Origin: an uncultured Gemmatimonadales bacterium
GTDB lineage: Bacteria; Gemmatimonadota; Gemmatimonadetes; Gemmatimonadales; GWC2-71-9
Assembly: GCA_963779755.1 (NCBI GenBank)
Contig: CAVZZO010000001.1
Coordinates: 1,568,001-1,632,000 of the forward strand
Direction: 5' to 3'
Length of the DNA: 64,000 nt
Shown here: positions 46,933 through 55,532 of the stretch, one piece after another
Layout: each line of letters opens with the position of its first letter
Numbering within the stretch: position 1 is the first letter of the stretch
Made by a program: the position numbers and the translations under genes
Notes under the pieces: model-generated
Database searches by the model: none
Seen by the model: only the letters and a program-made list of their open reading frames with translations
What the model was told of the DNA's origin: nothing

Positions 46933-47862
46933 TCATGCCGCGGCGAAGCCCTCCCGCCAGCTCGGGTGCGCCGGCCGCCACGCCAGCTCGCGCTTGGCCT
47001 TGGCATTGGAGACACCGCGAAGCTCGGTCATCATCACCACAGCCGGCTCCCCCGCGACCAGCCGCCCGATGAATCGCGGCACCCGCAGCGGCCGCCTGGC
47101 CCCCAGGGTCTGCGCCAGCGCCGGCAACCACTCGGCCACCGGGGCGGGCTCATCGTCGACCACATTGTAAATGCCGCGACTGCCGTGCTCGACTGCCGCC
47201 ACCGTCGCCTCCGCGGCGTCGGCGACGTGGATGAAAGACCACACCGCGCCCCCGTCGCCCACCAGGGGGAACCTGCGCCTGCGGACCAGCTCGAACTGGT
47301 CCCCGTCCGGCGCGAGTGACGTGCCCGGCCCGTAGAACCAGCCATAGCGCAGCACGACGCCCTCCGTCCACCGCGCACCGAGGACCGCCTCTTCCAGGTG
47401 ACGGATCGCCACGAGGTTCGCCCGCATCTCCCTGACGGGTGAGGGATCATACGGGTCCTCCTCGGTCTTGACGGCTGAGCCGGTACGCGCGTACGCGGCG
47501 ATGTGGCTCTGCGCCACGAACCGCCGCACGCCGACCGCCTGCCCGGCCGAGAGCAGGTAGTCGGTGCCGTCGGTCCGCAGGCGGTTGGTCGCCGTGAATG
47601 AGCGCTCGAAACGACGCAGGTCTATCGGCCCGATCGCGGTCAGCTGATGGACGATCACGTCCGGCCTGGCCCTGCCCACCGCCTCCGCGACCTGGTCGGG
47701 AGCAAGCGCATCCGCCACCACCGGCACCGCCCCCAGGCCGGACAGCATCGCCCGCTTGGACTCGCTCCGCGTCATCCCATGAACCTCGTGGCCCGCGGCG
47801 ACCAGCCGCGGCACCAGCTGCCGTCCAATCGCTCCGGTCGCACCTGCCACAAACACTCTCAT
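46933..47862 (-). CDS. NAD-dependent epimerase/dehydratase family (atypical SDR)
   Basis: AAGGAG RBS; VAGATGAIG, HQLT, LRYGWFYGPG, IHVADAA. Confidence 0.9.
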   Translation of the reverse strand: MRVFVAGATGAIGRQLVPRLVAAGHEVHGMTRSESKRAMLSGLGAVPVVADALAPDQVAEAVGRARPDVIVHQLTAIGPIDLRRFERSFTATNRLRTDGTDYLLSAGQAVGVRRFVAQSHIAAYARTGSAVKTEEDPYDPSPVREMRANLVAIRHLEEAVLGARWTEGVVLRYGWFYGPGTSLAPDGDQFELVRRRRFPLVGDGGAVWSFIHVADAAEATVAAVEHGSRGIYNVVDDEPAPVAEWLPALAQTLGARRPLRVPRFIGRLVAGEPAVVMMTELRGVSNAKAKRELAWRPAHPSWREGFAAA

Positions 47863-47899
47863 CTTCAGCTCCTTGATCGATGGTCGCCGCCACTTACAA

Positions 47900-47926
47900 G
47901 ACACGCCGGCGGGCCTCGTTGTGACA
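47900..47926 (-). promoter_or_regulatory. ECF41-type promoter of the epimerase gene
   Basis: Minus strand TGTCACA-N16-TGTC. Confidence 0.72.
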
Positions 47927-48227
47927 CCGCAGGCGCATCCAGGGGGAGCCGGGGCACGTTCGGCCGCGTGCCCGCCTGCTTATGTGAGCGCCGCGCGCTG
48001 CCCCGGCCTCACGATCGCAGTTTCGGAGAAGCGGCGGTGTGAGGAGGGTGGTAAGGATCGGGTCCCTGCAGAACGAAGGCCCTGTTTCGCCGGCCGTGTG
48101 CCGGCGGGCGACCGAGGGAGCTTGGACCTCACGCGCTGGCGCTGAAGGCATCAACGCCGCGCTCCCGCGCCATCTTGGCCTGGTACGCGACGCCCGCCCG
48201 ACGGCCGCTCGGCCCCATCCGGATGGA

Positions 48228-48270
48228 AGAACGGCGAGGGAACAGGGAAGGAACGGCATCCTCCTACCTT
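48228..48270 (+). promoter_or_regulatory. SARP-type activator site and -10 element
   Basis: AGAACGG-n4-GGAACAG-n4-GGAACGG-n8-TACCTT. Confidence 0.65.
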
Positions 48271-48313
48271 CGTGAGCGACAGTCAATGTCTTCTCAATCA
48301 CAGGAGGCAGGCC

Positions 48314-49276
48314 ATGAAACGGTTCAAGCTCGTGACACACATGCGGGCCGTCGCAAGTACACTGCTGGCAGCAGGCCTGGTGGCCGGGTGCGAGAGCACC
48401 GCGCCGGTCGAGCCTGAACTGGGCCTCAGCAACGTGCCGGCCGCGGCCAACCTGCCGGCCGACGCCTACGGCTACACGGTATTCGATGTCCCGGGCGCCA
48501 CCAATACTTATCTCTTTCGCATGAACGCGCGGGGCGATCTGGCCGGGACCTACAACGACGCCAGCGGGACCCACGGATTTCTGCAGCGAAAGGGCGATCG
48601 GCTTCAGACTATCAATGTCGAAGGGGCGATCGCGACCCAGGTCCGCGGCGTCAACGACCGCGGCGATGTGGTGGGCTTCTACAGCGAGGCCGGAAAACTG
48701 CACGGCTTCCTGTTGGGCGTGGATGGATACACGGTGATCGACTATCCCGACGCGAACGGCACCCGGCTCTGGGCCATCAACGCCCGCGGCGAGATTTCGG
48801 GTGAGTTTCAGGCGGCCGTCGGTGGCGCATGGCAGGCGTTCACCCTGCGCCATGGGACATTCACCGCGATCGACGTGCCGGGTGCGAACATGAGCGCTGG
48901 CTACGGGATCGACAACCAGGGCGACGTGGTCGGCCACTTCACCAAGCCCGGGTCGTCCAAGATGATCGGCTACCGGCTCGCGAGCGGGACGTTCTCCACC
49001 TTCGCCCACCCGCTTTCGGGAGATATGATGAGCTGCGCGCAGGGCATCGGGGTCCACGGTGAAGTGGTGGGCCATTACCTCGACCCGGAGGCCGATCAGG
49101 TGTTCGGCTGGGTGTGGGTCGACGGCGAGTTCGTCGCCACGCTGCAGGTGCCGGCCGCCATAGATACGTACGCGACATCGATCACCCCGGCCGGCGTGAT
49201 CGCCGGCTATCACTTCGACGAGAACTGGGTGAGTCACGGCTTCATCGCGACGCCGCTCAACCGCGCCGGGTTGTGA
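48314..49276 (+). CDS. Lipoprotein with HAF-like extracellular beta repeats
   Basis: AGGAGG RBS; lipobox VAGC; about 6 repeats (D.PGA..T...IN.RG.V.G.Y....HGFL). Confidence 0.82.
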   Translation: MKRFKLVTHMRAVASTLLAAGLVAGCESTAPVEPELGLSNVPAAANLPADAYGYTVFDVPGATNTYLFRMNARGDLAGTYNDASGTHGFLQRKGDRLQTINVEGAIATQVRGVNDRGDVVGFYSEAGKLHGFLLGVDGYTVIDYPDANGTRLWAINARGEISGEFQAAVGGAWQAFTLRHGTFTAIDVPGANMSAGYGIDNQGDVVGHFTKPGSSKMIGYRLASGTFSTFAHPLSGDMMSCAQGIGVHGEVVGHYLDPEADQVFGWVWVDGEFVATLQVPAAIDTYATSITPAGVIAGYHFDENWVSHGFIATPLNRAGL

Positions 49277-49339
49277 TCTACTCGCAGCATCCCGCTCTCC
49301 CCCGGGGCCCGGCGCACCTGCCGGGCCCCGGGTCGCATC

Positions 49340-49855
49340 TCACCAGGGCCCGGACTCGAGAATGCACCAGCGGCAGGACTCCACCCGGATCTGGATGTCC
49401 CCGGTGCCGGCCGGGTCCTCGATCCGCCCTTCCAGGGCCAGCACGAGATCGGCCAGAGGGACGTAGGCGCCCTTCCCGCGCCGGGTCACGTGCGCCGAGA
49501 GAAGCACCGTCCTGTGGACGCGAAGGGGGCACGTCGCGCAGCCGCCCGTCCGCGTGGCGAACAGTCGCGGTCCCTGCAGGAAAAGATGACCACGTCCCGA
49601 GTGGGCAGGCCCGTCGATGACTCTGGCGATATCGCCGACCGCTACGATCGGGTCCGCCGTACCGCTGCCCGCCCCGCTGGCGACGGCCCGTCCGACAGCC
49701 ACCCCGTTGACGCGGATCAGGACGCCGCCGGACGGAGATTCCGGCAGCGTATCCGGCCACTCGCCGATCGGCGGCGATGCGCCGTGCTCGTCCGAGCATC
49801 CGATCACGGACATTCCGGCAAAGACCGACAGCGCCAGAGCGAGGGTGCGCCGCAT
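49340..49855 (-). CDS. Hypothetical lipoprotein with two CxxC motifs
   Basis: GGAG RBS; lipobox VIGC; CATC, AYVPLADLV.ALEG (copper-amine-oxidase N-terminal-like), CRWC. Confidence 0.65.
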   Translation of the reverse strand: MRRTLALALSVFAGMSVIGCSDEHGASPPIGEWPDTLPESPSGGVLIRVNGVAVGRAVASGAGSGTADPIVAVGDIARVIDGPAHSGRGHLFLQGPRLFATRTGGCATCPLRVHRTVLLSAHVTRRGKGAYVPLADLVLALEGRIEDPAGTGDIQIRVESCRWCILESGPW

Positions 49856-49930
49856 GGTTGTGCTCCCGTGGGTGCAGCGGCGCGGCCCCTGCCCGGATGG
49901 GTGCAGAGAACGACGCCGGCGTATGCGTCA

Positions 49931-49973
49931 AGAATCGCTCCCGTGCGTTTCCCGGGTGTACCCAGAGCGTTCC
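49931..49973 (-). promoter_or_regulatory. Second SARP-type activator site and -10 element
   Basis: Minus strand GGAACGC-n4-GGTACAC-n4-GAAACGC-n8-GATTCT. Confidence 0.6.
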
Positions 49974-50014
49974 CGGGCCCATCGGGCCCGGGAACGGGGC
50001 TCCGCGGGTCGGGA

Positions 50015-52888
50015 TCAGTGAAGCGGCGTTGGCGGGCGCAAGGCGGCGAGGCGCGCAGCGGCGGCGGCGCGTGCGGGCTGGAACACGGCGTCGGCGTCGC
50101 GCCATGCATCCGCGACGTGCGCGTAGTGCACGGCCGCGCTGTCCGCGGCGCCGACCGCGTCGAAGGCGCGGGCGAGCAGCGCGTGCAGCTCGGTGCGGGT
50201 GACGTAGAGGTTGGACGCCTGCAGCGGGCCCCTGAGGGCAGGGCTCAGGATGGCGACCGCCTCCCGCGGCCGGCCCTGTGCCAGAAGCAGCCGACCGAGT
50301 TCCAGGTTGGTACGGGTGTAGCCCGCGACGGGTGAGAAAATTGCGCGGCGCAGGTCGGATTCCGCGTCCGCCGGCCGGCCTTCCGCGAGCGCGATCAGCC
50401 CACGCACGTGGAAATGAAGCAGACGGTCGCGGCCGTAGCCGCTCCGGGGCCCGAGCGCTTCGATGGTGTCGGCCAGCGCGCGGGCGCGCCCGAGGTCCCC
50501 CGCGCCGACCAGCGCCGAGGCCTCGTGTGTCAGGAACCACGCGCGGTTGCGCGCCACCTTGCTGCGCGGGCCGGTGTCGACCTGCATCAATGCCGCGATC
50601 GAGTGGAAGATCGCTGCCGCTTCGCGGAACCGGCCCGACTCGGAAAGCACGATCGCCTCCGGCAGCCGTGCGAACGCATAGCCCGGAGTCAACGCGCGCG
50701 TGCAGCGCGTGTGCTCCTTCGCCGAGGCGAGCGCATCCGCCAGCCGGCCCTGATTGCGATCGCTGATCGTTCGCCACCAGTCTGCCTCACACTGGGACGC
50801 CAGCTCTCCGCTCGCGTCCAGGAATGCCAGCCGCCCGGCGGCGACCGCGAAGGCGCCGCGGCGCAGGGCCCGCCCCAGGTCGGCGAGCGCGGCCGCGACC
50901 GGGGTGCGCGGCGAGATGTCGTTCGCACGCCGGGCCGCCGCGTCGGCCTCGTCGTACCGGCCCTGGGCGTCGTAGACGTTTTCCAGCAACCGCCATGGCG
51001 TGGCCGACTCGGGGAGCATCGCCGCGAACATGCGCGCCGTCCGCTCCGCTGCCTCCATCGAGTCGGCCATCATGTACGCGTCGGCCAGTTCCAGGAGCGC
51101 GTCGCAGCCGGTGCAGTGGGGCGCCTGGCCCAGTATCGCGATGGAGTCGAGCCGGAAAGCCCGGAGCAGCTGGTCGATCGCCTCGGAGAATCGGCCGTCC
51201 CATTTCAGCGCCTCGCCGAGCATGCGGTGTCCTTCGGGGAGAAGCGGATAGCGCTCGACCAGCGAGTCCGCGATCGCGAGGGCGCTCGGGTCATCCCGGG
51301 ATCTGGCCCAGGTTGCACGAATGAGCAGGCGGTCCTGTTCGGTGGCGCGGGCGGCCATCCGCCGCGCCTGTTCAAGGAACACGTCGTGCCACGGGGGAGT
51401 CCCGCCATCGGAGACCATGGACGCGTAGTACGCCGCCATGGCAAAGGTCGAGTCCTCGGTCACGGCGGCGATGAAGAGAGGCCGCGCCGCCGGGGTGTCG
51501 CCGCGCAGGTAGTAGGCGTGCAAGCCCTGCTCATAGAGGCGGAACGCGGCAAGCGAAGGGGTGGCAACGTCGGCCACCCGCAGCGCGGGGATCCGGAGCC
51601 GCATGGCCCCCGCCAGTTCCCGGGTCGCGGCATCCACCACGGCGAACGGGTCCGGCCCCTGCACCGAGACCTGCTCGCTCACGGCACCGGTGCGAAGGGC
51701 GAGGCGATGCAGGTCGAAGCGCAATCGGCCGTCAGCCAGGTGATACAGCGCACCTTCGACGACCTCGGTCGCGCCCGCGCGCCGGGCCGCGCGCACGAGG
51801 GCCGCGGCTTCCTCACCGTCCTCCCCGGCCAGCATCTCGTAGAGGCGGGTGCTGCCCACCACCTGCACGCCGGGCACGCGCGCGAGGTTGGTGGAGAGGA
51901 GTTCGCGGATCATCGGCGCCACGTCCGGATCCAGCTGCCCGTAGTCCCGGATGTGGCCGATGGCGAGAATGGGATTCGTGTCCGCCGGACCTGCGCGCGC
52001 CACCAGGACCGCCCCGAGCCCGACCATGGCCAGCAGAGCGGCAGCTCGCGCCACGCTCTTCGCGCGGTGCCCGCGGCCGGGCGGCGCGACGTCGGGCTCG
52101 CCAGTCGCCGGATCCGGAGTGGTCGAGGGCGCGTCGGCGGCGGGTGAGGGCTGACTCATCACCACCGTGCGCGACCGGATTCGCTCGAGGAGCGCGCGCG
52201 TCTCCGGCGCCGGCTGCAGCTCGAACTCCGCCTCCAGCCGGTGCCGGTGCTCTTCGTAGAGCCGGAAGGCGCCGGCCGAGTCGCCGGCACGGTCGAGCAG
52301 CGAGAGCAACTGCCGCGTCGCGTTCTCGTCGTCGGGCGACAGGGCGATGGCGCGGCGACCGTACTCAATGGCGGCGGCACCGTTGCCGGCAGCCTCTTCG
52401 GCCTCCGCAACGCGCCACGTGGCCGCGGCCGCGAGCCGCCGGACCCGCTGGCGCTCGCCATCAAGCCAGTGCTCGAACGCAGGCGTGTCGGACAGGTAGA
52501 ATCCGTGGAGCAGGTCGCCCCGGTAGAGAGCGAGCGCCTCGGCGGGTCGTTCCTCGCCGAGCAGCTCGTTCAGCGCGACGACATCGCACCACACCGCGCC
52601 CGGGGCGAGCGCCAGCTCCTCTTCACCCCTGCCGATCAACGTCCCTTCGCCCAGGGACTGGCGGAGGTGGAAGACCGTCTTGCGGAGCGCGGACCGGGCG
52701 TGCTGCTGGTCCAGCTCCGGCCAGAAGAGGCCGGTCAGGGTGTCCCGGCGTACGTAGCCTTCCGGCACGGCAAGGGCCAGGTAAACCAGGACGGCCAGGC
52801 GTTTTGGCTGGGCGACAACGGACTGGACGGCCAGCCCGTCGGCGGTGCGGAGGTCGGTTATGCCCAACGTGCGGAGCTGGATCTGCAT
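50015..52888 (-). CDS. SARP/BTAD transcriptional activator with TM helix, TolB-like domain and TPR repeats
   Basis: LRTLG, QPKRLAVL.YL, RD.L..LFWPE, LYRGDLL.G, FEHWLD.ER, P.DE, P.PET; hydrophobic helix; TPR-like C-terminus. Confidence 0.88.
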   Translation of the reverse strand: MQIQLRTLGITDLRTADGLAVQSVVAQPKRLAVLVYLALAVPEGYVRRDTLTGLFWPELDQQHARSALRKTVFHLRQSLGEGTLIGRGEEELALAPGAVWCDVVALNELLGEERPAEALALYRGDLLHGFYLSDTPAFEHWLDGERQRVRRLAAAATWRVAEAEEAAGNGAAAIEYGRRAIALSPDDENATRQLLSLLDRAGDSAGAFRLYEEHRHRLEAEFELQPAPETRALLERIRSRTVVMSQPSPAADAPSTTPDPATGEPDVAPPGRGHRAKSVARAAALLAMVGLGAVLVARAGPADTNPILAIGHIRDYGQLDPDVAPMIRELLSTNLARVPGVQVVGSTRLYEMLAGEDGEEAAALVRAARRAGATEVVEGALYHLADGRLRFDLHRLALRTGAVSEQVSVQGPDPFAVVDAATRELAGAMRLRIPALRVADVATPSLAAFRLYEQGLHAYYLRGDTPAARPLFIAAVTEDSTFAMAAYYASMVSDGGTPPWHDVFLEQARRMAARATEQDRLLIRATWARSRDDPSALAIADSLVERYPLLPEGHRMLGEALKWDGRFSEAIDQLLRAFRLDSIAILGQAPHCTGCDALLELADAYMMADSMEAAERTARMFAAMLPESATPWRLLENVYDAQGRYDEADAAARRANDISPRTPVAAALADLGRALRRGAFAVAAGRLAFLDASGELASQCEADWWRTISDRNQGRLADALASAKEHTRCTRALTPGYAFARLPEAIVLSESGRFREAAAIFHSIAALMQVDTGPRSKVARNRAWFLTHEASALVGAGDLGRARALADTIEALGPRSGYGRDRLLHFHVRGLIALAEGRPADAESDLRRAIFSPVAGYTRTNLELGRLLLAQGRPREAVAILSPALRGPLQASNLYVTRTELHALLARAFDAVGAADSAAVHYAHVADAWRDADAVFQPARAAAAARLAALRPPTPLH

Positions 52889-52984
52889 GCCGCCCTGCTG
52901 GCGCGAGCGCCGCTGAGGGATGCCGTCGGCTGCCGGCATGATGAACAGTCGCGCCGGACCGGCCTGCGGGTCAAGAGTGCTCCT

Positions 52985-53136
52985 CTGGATGCTGAAGACG
53001 GCCCCCCGCTCGGGCTCGCTCTCGACGGAGATATGTGCCGCCGCTCTGCTCGGCGACCCCGTAGACGGGTCGAGAGGCCGAGGCCGAGCCCCGGGTCGAG
53101 CCGGGTGACGAGCCGGATATCCTCGCCGATCAGGCG
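52985..53136 (-). pseudogene. Remnant of a hybrid histidine kinase HATPase domain
   Basis: RLIGEDIRLVTRLDPGLGLGLST / [10 protein letters not shown] / [16 protein letters not shown] across two +1 frameshifts. Confidence 0.75.
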
Positions 53137-53239
53137 GCCTGACGCCCGGACCTGTGACTGCGGGGCGGTGTGGCGGGGAGGGGTTCGTCCGGGGGGGGCG
53201 TGTGGTGGAGCGGCGACCGGCGGGGTAGGGTAGGGGGGG

Positions 53240-55507
53240 CTAGAACTCCATCCCCACCCTGAGCACCGCATTCCGTCCCGGATTCAGCGCGAACTCCTTG
53301 TACCGGCTCAGGTAGTCGCGATAGCGGGTATTGGTGAGATTCCGGATCTCCAGATCGAGCGACAGCGTTCGTGCACCGACCGGGTGCGTGCCGCCAACGT
53401 CCAGGTTCAGCAGGCTGTAGCCGTCGGTCGGGATGTCGAATACCGTCGCTCCCTGCCCCGGAATAGTGTACCCGCCGAGCCGGCCCTGATGGGCCACGGT
53501 CTCCACCTCGCCGCTGATGCGTCCGTTGGCCAGCCATCCCAGGTTTAATCCGTGCAACTCCACGCCCACCGCCGAACGGAAGGGCGGGATGAGCGGCAGG
53601 GGCTGATCCGTTCCATCCGCCGTGCCCCGCACATACTCTGCCCGGCCGGCAAGGGTGAGCCAGTCGCGGGGACTCACCGCAAGCCGCGCTTCGCCGCCCT
53701 GCAGCGTGGCATCGGTCTGGCCGTACTGGAAGACCCGGAGCGAGTCCATGAACTGCGTGGTGGGGGCGCCATAGATGAAATCCGCCACCCGGTTCCGATA
53801 GGCCGACACCTCCGCCTCGGCGAAGCGCGTCTGCCAGCGGAGACTCAGGTCGAAATTGAGACTGTATTCGGGCCGCAACGAGCGGTTCCCGATATCGAAC
53901 CGCGCCTCGCCCAGCTCCGGCCCATAGGCGAACAGCTCGAAGAGATCGGGCGCGCGCCACGCCCGGCCGGCGTTGGCCGCGAGGGAGAGGCCGTGGCGCA
54001 GGTCCAGCACGGCGCCCAGGTCGGCCGTCCAGGTGCGGTAGCTGCGGTGCTGGGCGGCGAGCCGTAGATCGCTGTTGCCGTCGACCGACACCCGCCGCAC
54101 ATCGCCTCGCAGGCCGCCCAGCAACGACAGGCGGCCCAGCTCCAGCCGCTCGATCAGGAAGAGGCCCGCGCCGGCGGTGCGCGCGTCGGGGACCAGCGGC
54201 ACGGGCCCCCGGGTATCGTTCTTCTGGTACAGGCCGGAAAGGCCGAGGGTACCGCTCACCCGGACGCCCAGGGTGTGGTGCAGCAGGAGATCGCTGGACC
54301 AGGTATCCAGCGCCAGGTCAAAGACCGGGCCTTCCATGGTGCCGCCACCGGGCGCGGGCGCCTCGTCCGAGACTTCCGAAATCCAGTGATGCTGCCACTG
54401 TGCCTTTCCCTCCAGGCGTAAGCGGCCCAGCACATAGTTGGACCGGAGTTGCGCCCGGGTGTCGGCCAGCTTGCGCTCCGGGCCGCCTTCCCCGCCGCTG
54501 TCCGCCCCCGGGCCGCCGGCCTCGAGCAGCTTGAACTCCCCGCCGTACCGGGTGAGCCGCAGGGTGGTGGCGCCGTTGGCGCTGTGGAGGCCGATGGCGC
54601 CCTCGCCGTTGAGCGCGGTGAAGCCGGTGTTGTCCAACTCGCCCGCGGGGGTGTGCAGATCGGCGGCGCGGCGGCCGATGAGGGTGACGGCCGTGCCCAG
54701 GCGGCCCCCGGCGTGGCGCAGGCCCAGCAGGGCGCTGGCCTCGGCGTTGTTGCTGGCGGCGGTGATCTCGCTGCGGAGCCGGGTAAAGCCGGGGCCGCCG
54801 CCGGCGTCGGGCAGCGGCGCGGGGAGCACATTCACCACGCCGGCAATGGCGTCGGACCCGTACATCAGGCTCGCCGGGCCGCGCACTACTTCGACCCGGT
54901 TGGCCAGGCGCGCATCCACCGATGGGCCGTCCTCATCGCTCCAGGAATAGTCTTCCAGCCGTAGTCCGTCGTCGAGCACCAGGACGCGGGGACCCACCAG
55001 GCCGCGGATCATGGGCTTGCCGATCTGCGCGCCGGTGCTGAGTGTCCGGATGCCAGGTATCTGGTCAATGGCCTGCGCCAGCGAGACGCCCGCATGGCGC
55101 TGCAGTTCTTCGCCGCTCAGATCAGTCGCGACCATGGGAGCCATCCGCGCCGCCATGGGAGTGCGCGAGGCGGTGACGGTAATCGGCGCCAGCCGGGCGA
55201 CGCCCTCCTGGTGCAGCAGAGTGATGAGTACCGGCTGCGAAGGCAGCGTCACCTCGCGGGTGACGGCGCGGTAGCCGGCCAGCACCACCAGCAGGTGGTA
55301 GCTGCCGCCGGGGACGGCCAGGGCGAACCGACCGCCAGCGCCGGTGAGCACGCTGCGTTCCAGCTCCACCACGGTGACACGCGCGCCGGGGAGGGGGTGC
55401 CCGCTCATGTCCTGGACGACACCCAGCATGGAATCCGGGATCACCGGAACCGGCGGGGGCGCCGGGAAATGGGCCACGGCCGAGAGCAGGGCGAGCAGGA
55501 GAAGCAT
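53240..55507 (-). CDS. TonB-dependent receptor (probably metal/metallophore class)
   Basis: N-terminal carboxypeptidase-regulatory-like domain, ITVTAS TonB box, plug KPMIRG, VEVVRGPASLMYG, C-terminal NPGRN...MEF. Confidence 0.92.
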   Translation of the reverse strand: MLLLLALLSAVAHFPAPPPVPVIPDSMLGVVQDMSGHPLPGARVTVVELERSVLTGAGGRFALAVPGGSYHLLVVLAGYRAVTREVTLPSQPVLITLLHQEGVARLAPITVTASRTPMAARMAPMVATDLSGEELQRHAGVSLAQAIDQIPGIRTLSTGAQIGKPMIRGLVGPRVLVLDDGLRLEDYSWSDEDGPSVDARLANRVEVVRGPASLMYGSDAIAGVVNVLPAPLPDAGGGPGFTRLRSEITAASNNAEASALLGLRHAGGRLGTAVTLIGRRAADLHTPAGELDNTGFTALNGEGAIGLHSANGATTLRLTRYGGEFKLLEAGGPGADSGGEGGPERKLADTRAQLRSNYVLGRLRLEGKAQWQHHWISEVSDEAPAPGGGTMEGPVFDLALDTWSSDLLLHHTLGVRVSGTLGLSGLYQKNDTRGPVPLVPDARTAGAGLFLIERLELGRLSLLGGLRGDVRRVSVDGNSDLRLAAQHRSYRTWTADLGAVLDLRHGLSLAANAGRAWRAPDLFELFAYGPELGEARFDIGNRSLRPEYSLNFDLSLRWQTRFAEAEVSAYRNRVADFIYGAPTTQFMDSLRVFQYGQTDATLQGGEARLAVSPRDWLTLAGRAEYVRGTADGTDQPLPLIPPFRSAVGVELHGLNLGWLANGRISGEVETVAHQGRLGGYTIPGQGATVFDIPTDGYSLLNLDVGGTHPVGARTLSLDLEIRNLTNTRYRDYLSRYKEFALNPGRNAVLRVGMEF

Positions 55508-55532
55508 GGATCGGGAGGAATCGAAGGAGGCC

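Noticed and set aside
48129..48218. 29-aa minus-strand ORF (..GVAYQAKMARERGVDAFSASA)
   Set aside because: May be a gene remnant, but it is too short to assign and has no clear RBS
46648..53200. Integrative element or genomic island at tRNA-Pro
   Set aside because: No integrase and no duplicated tRNA 3' end found; accessory character alone is insufficient
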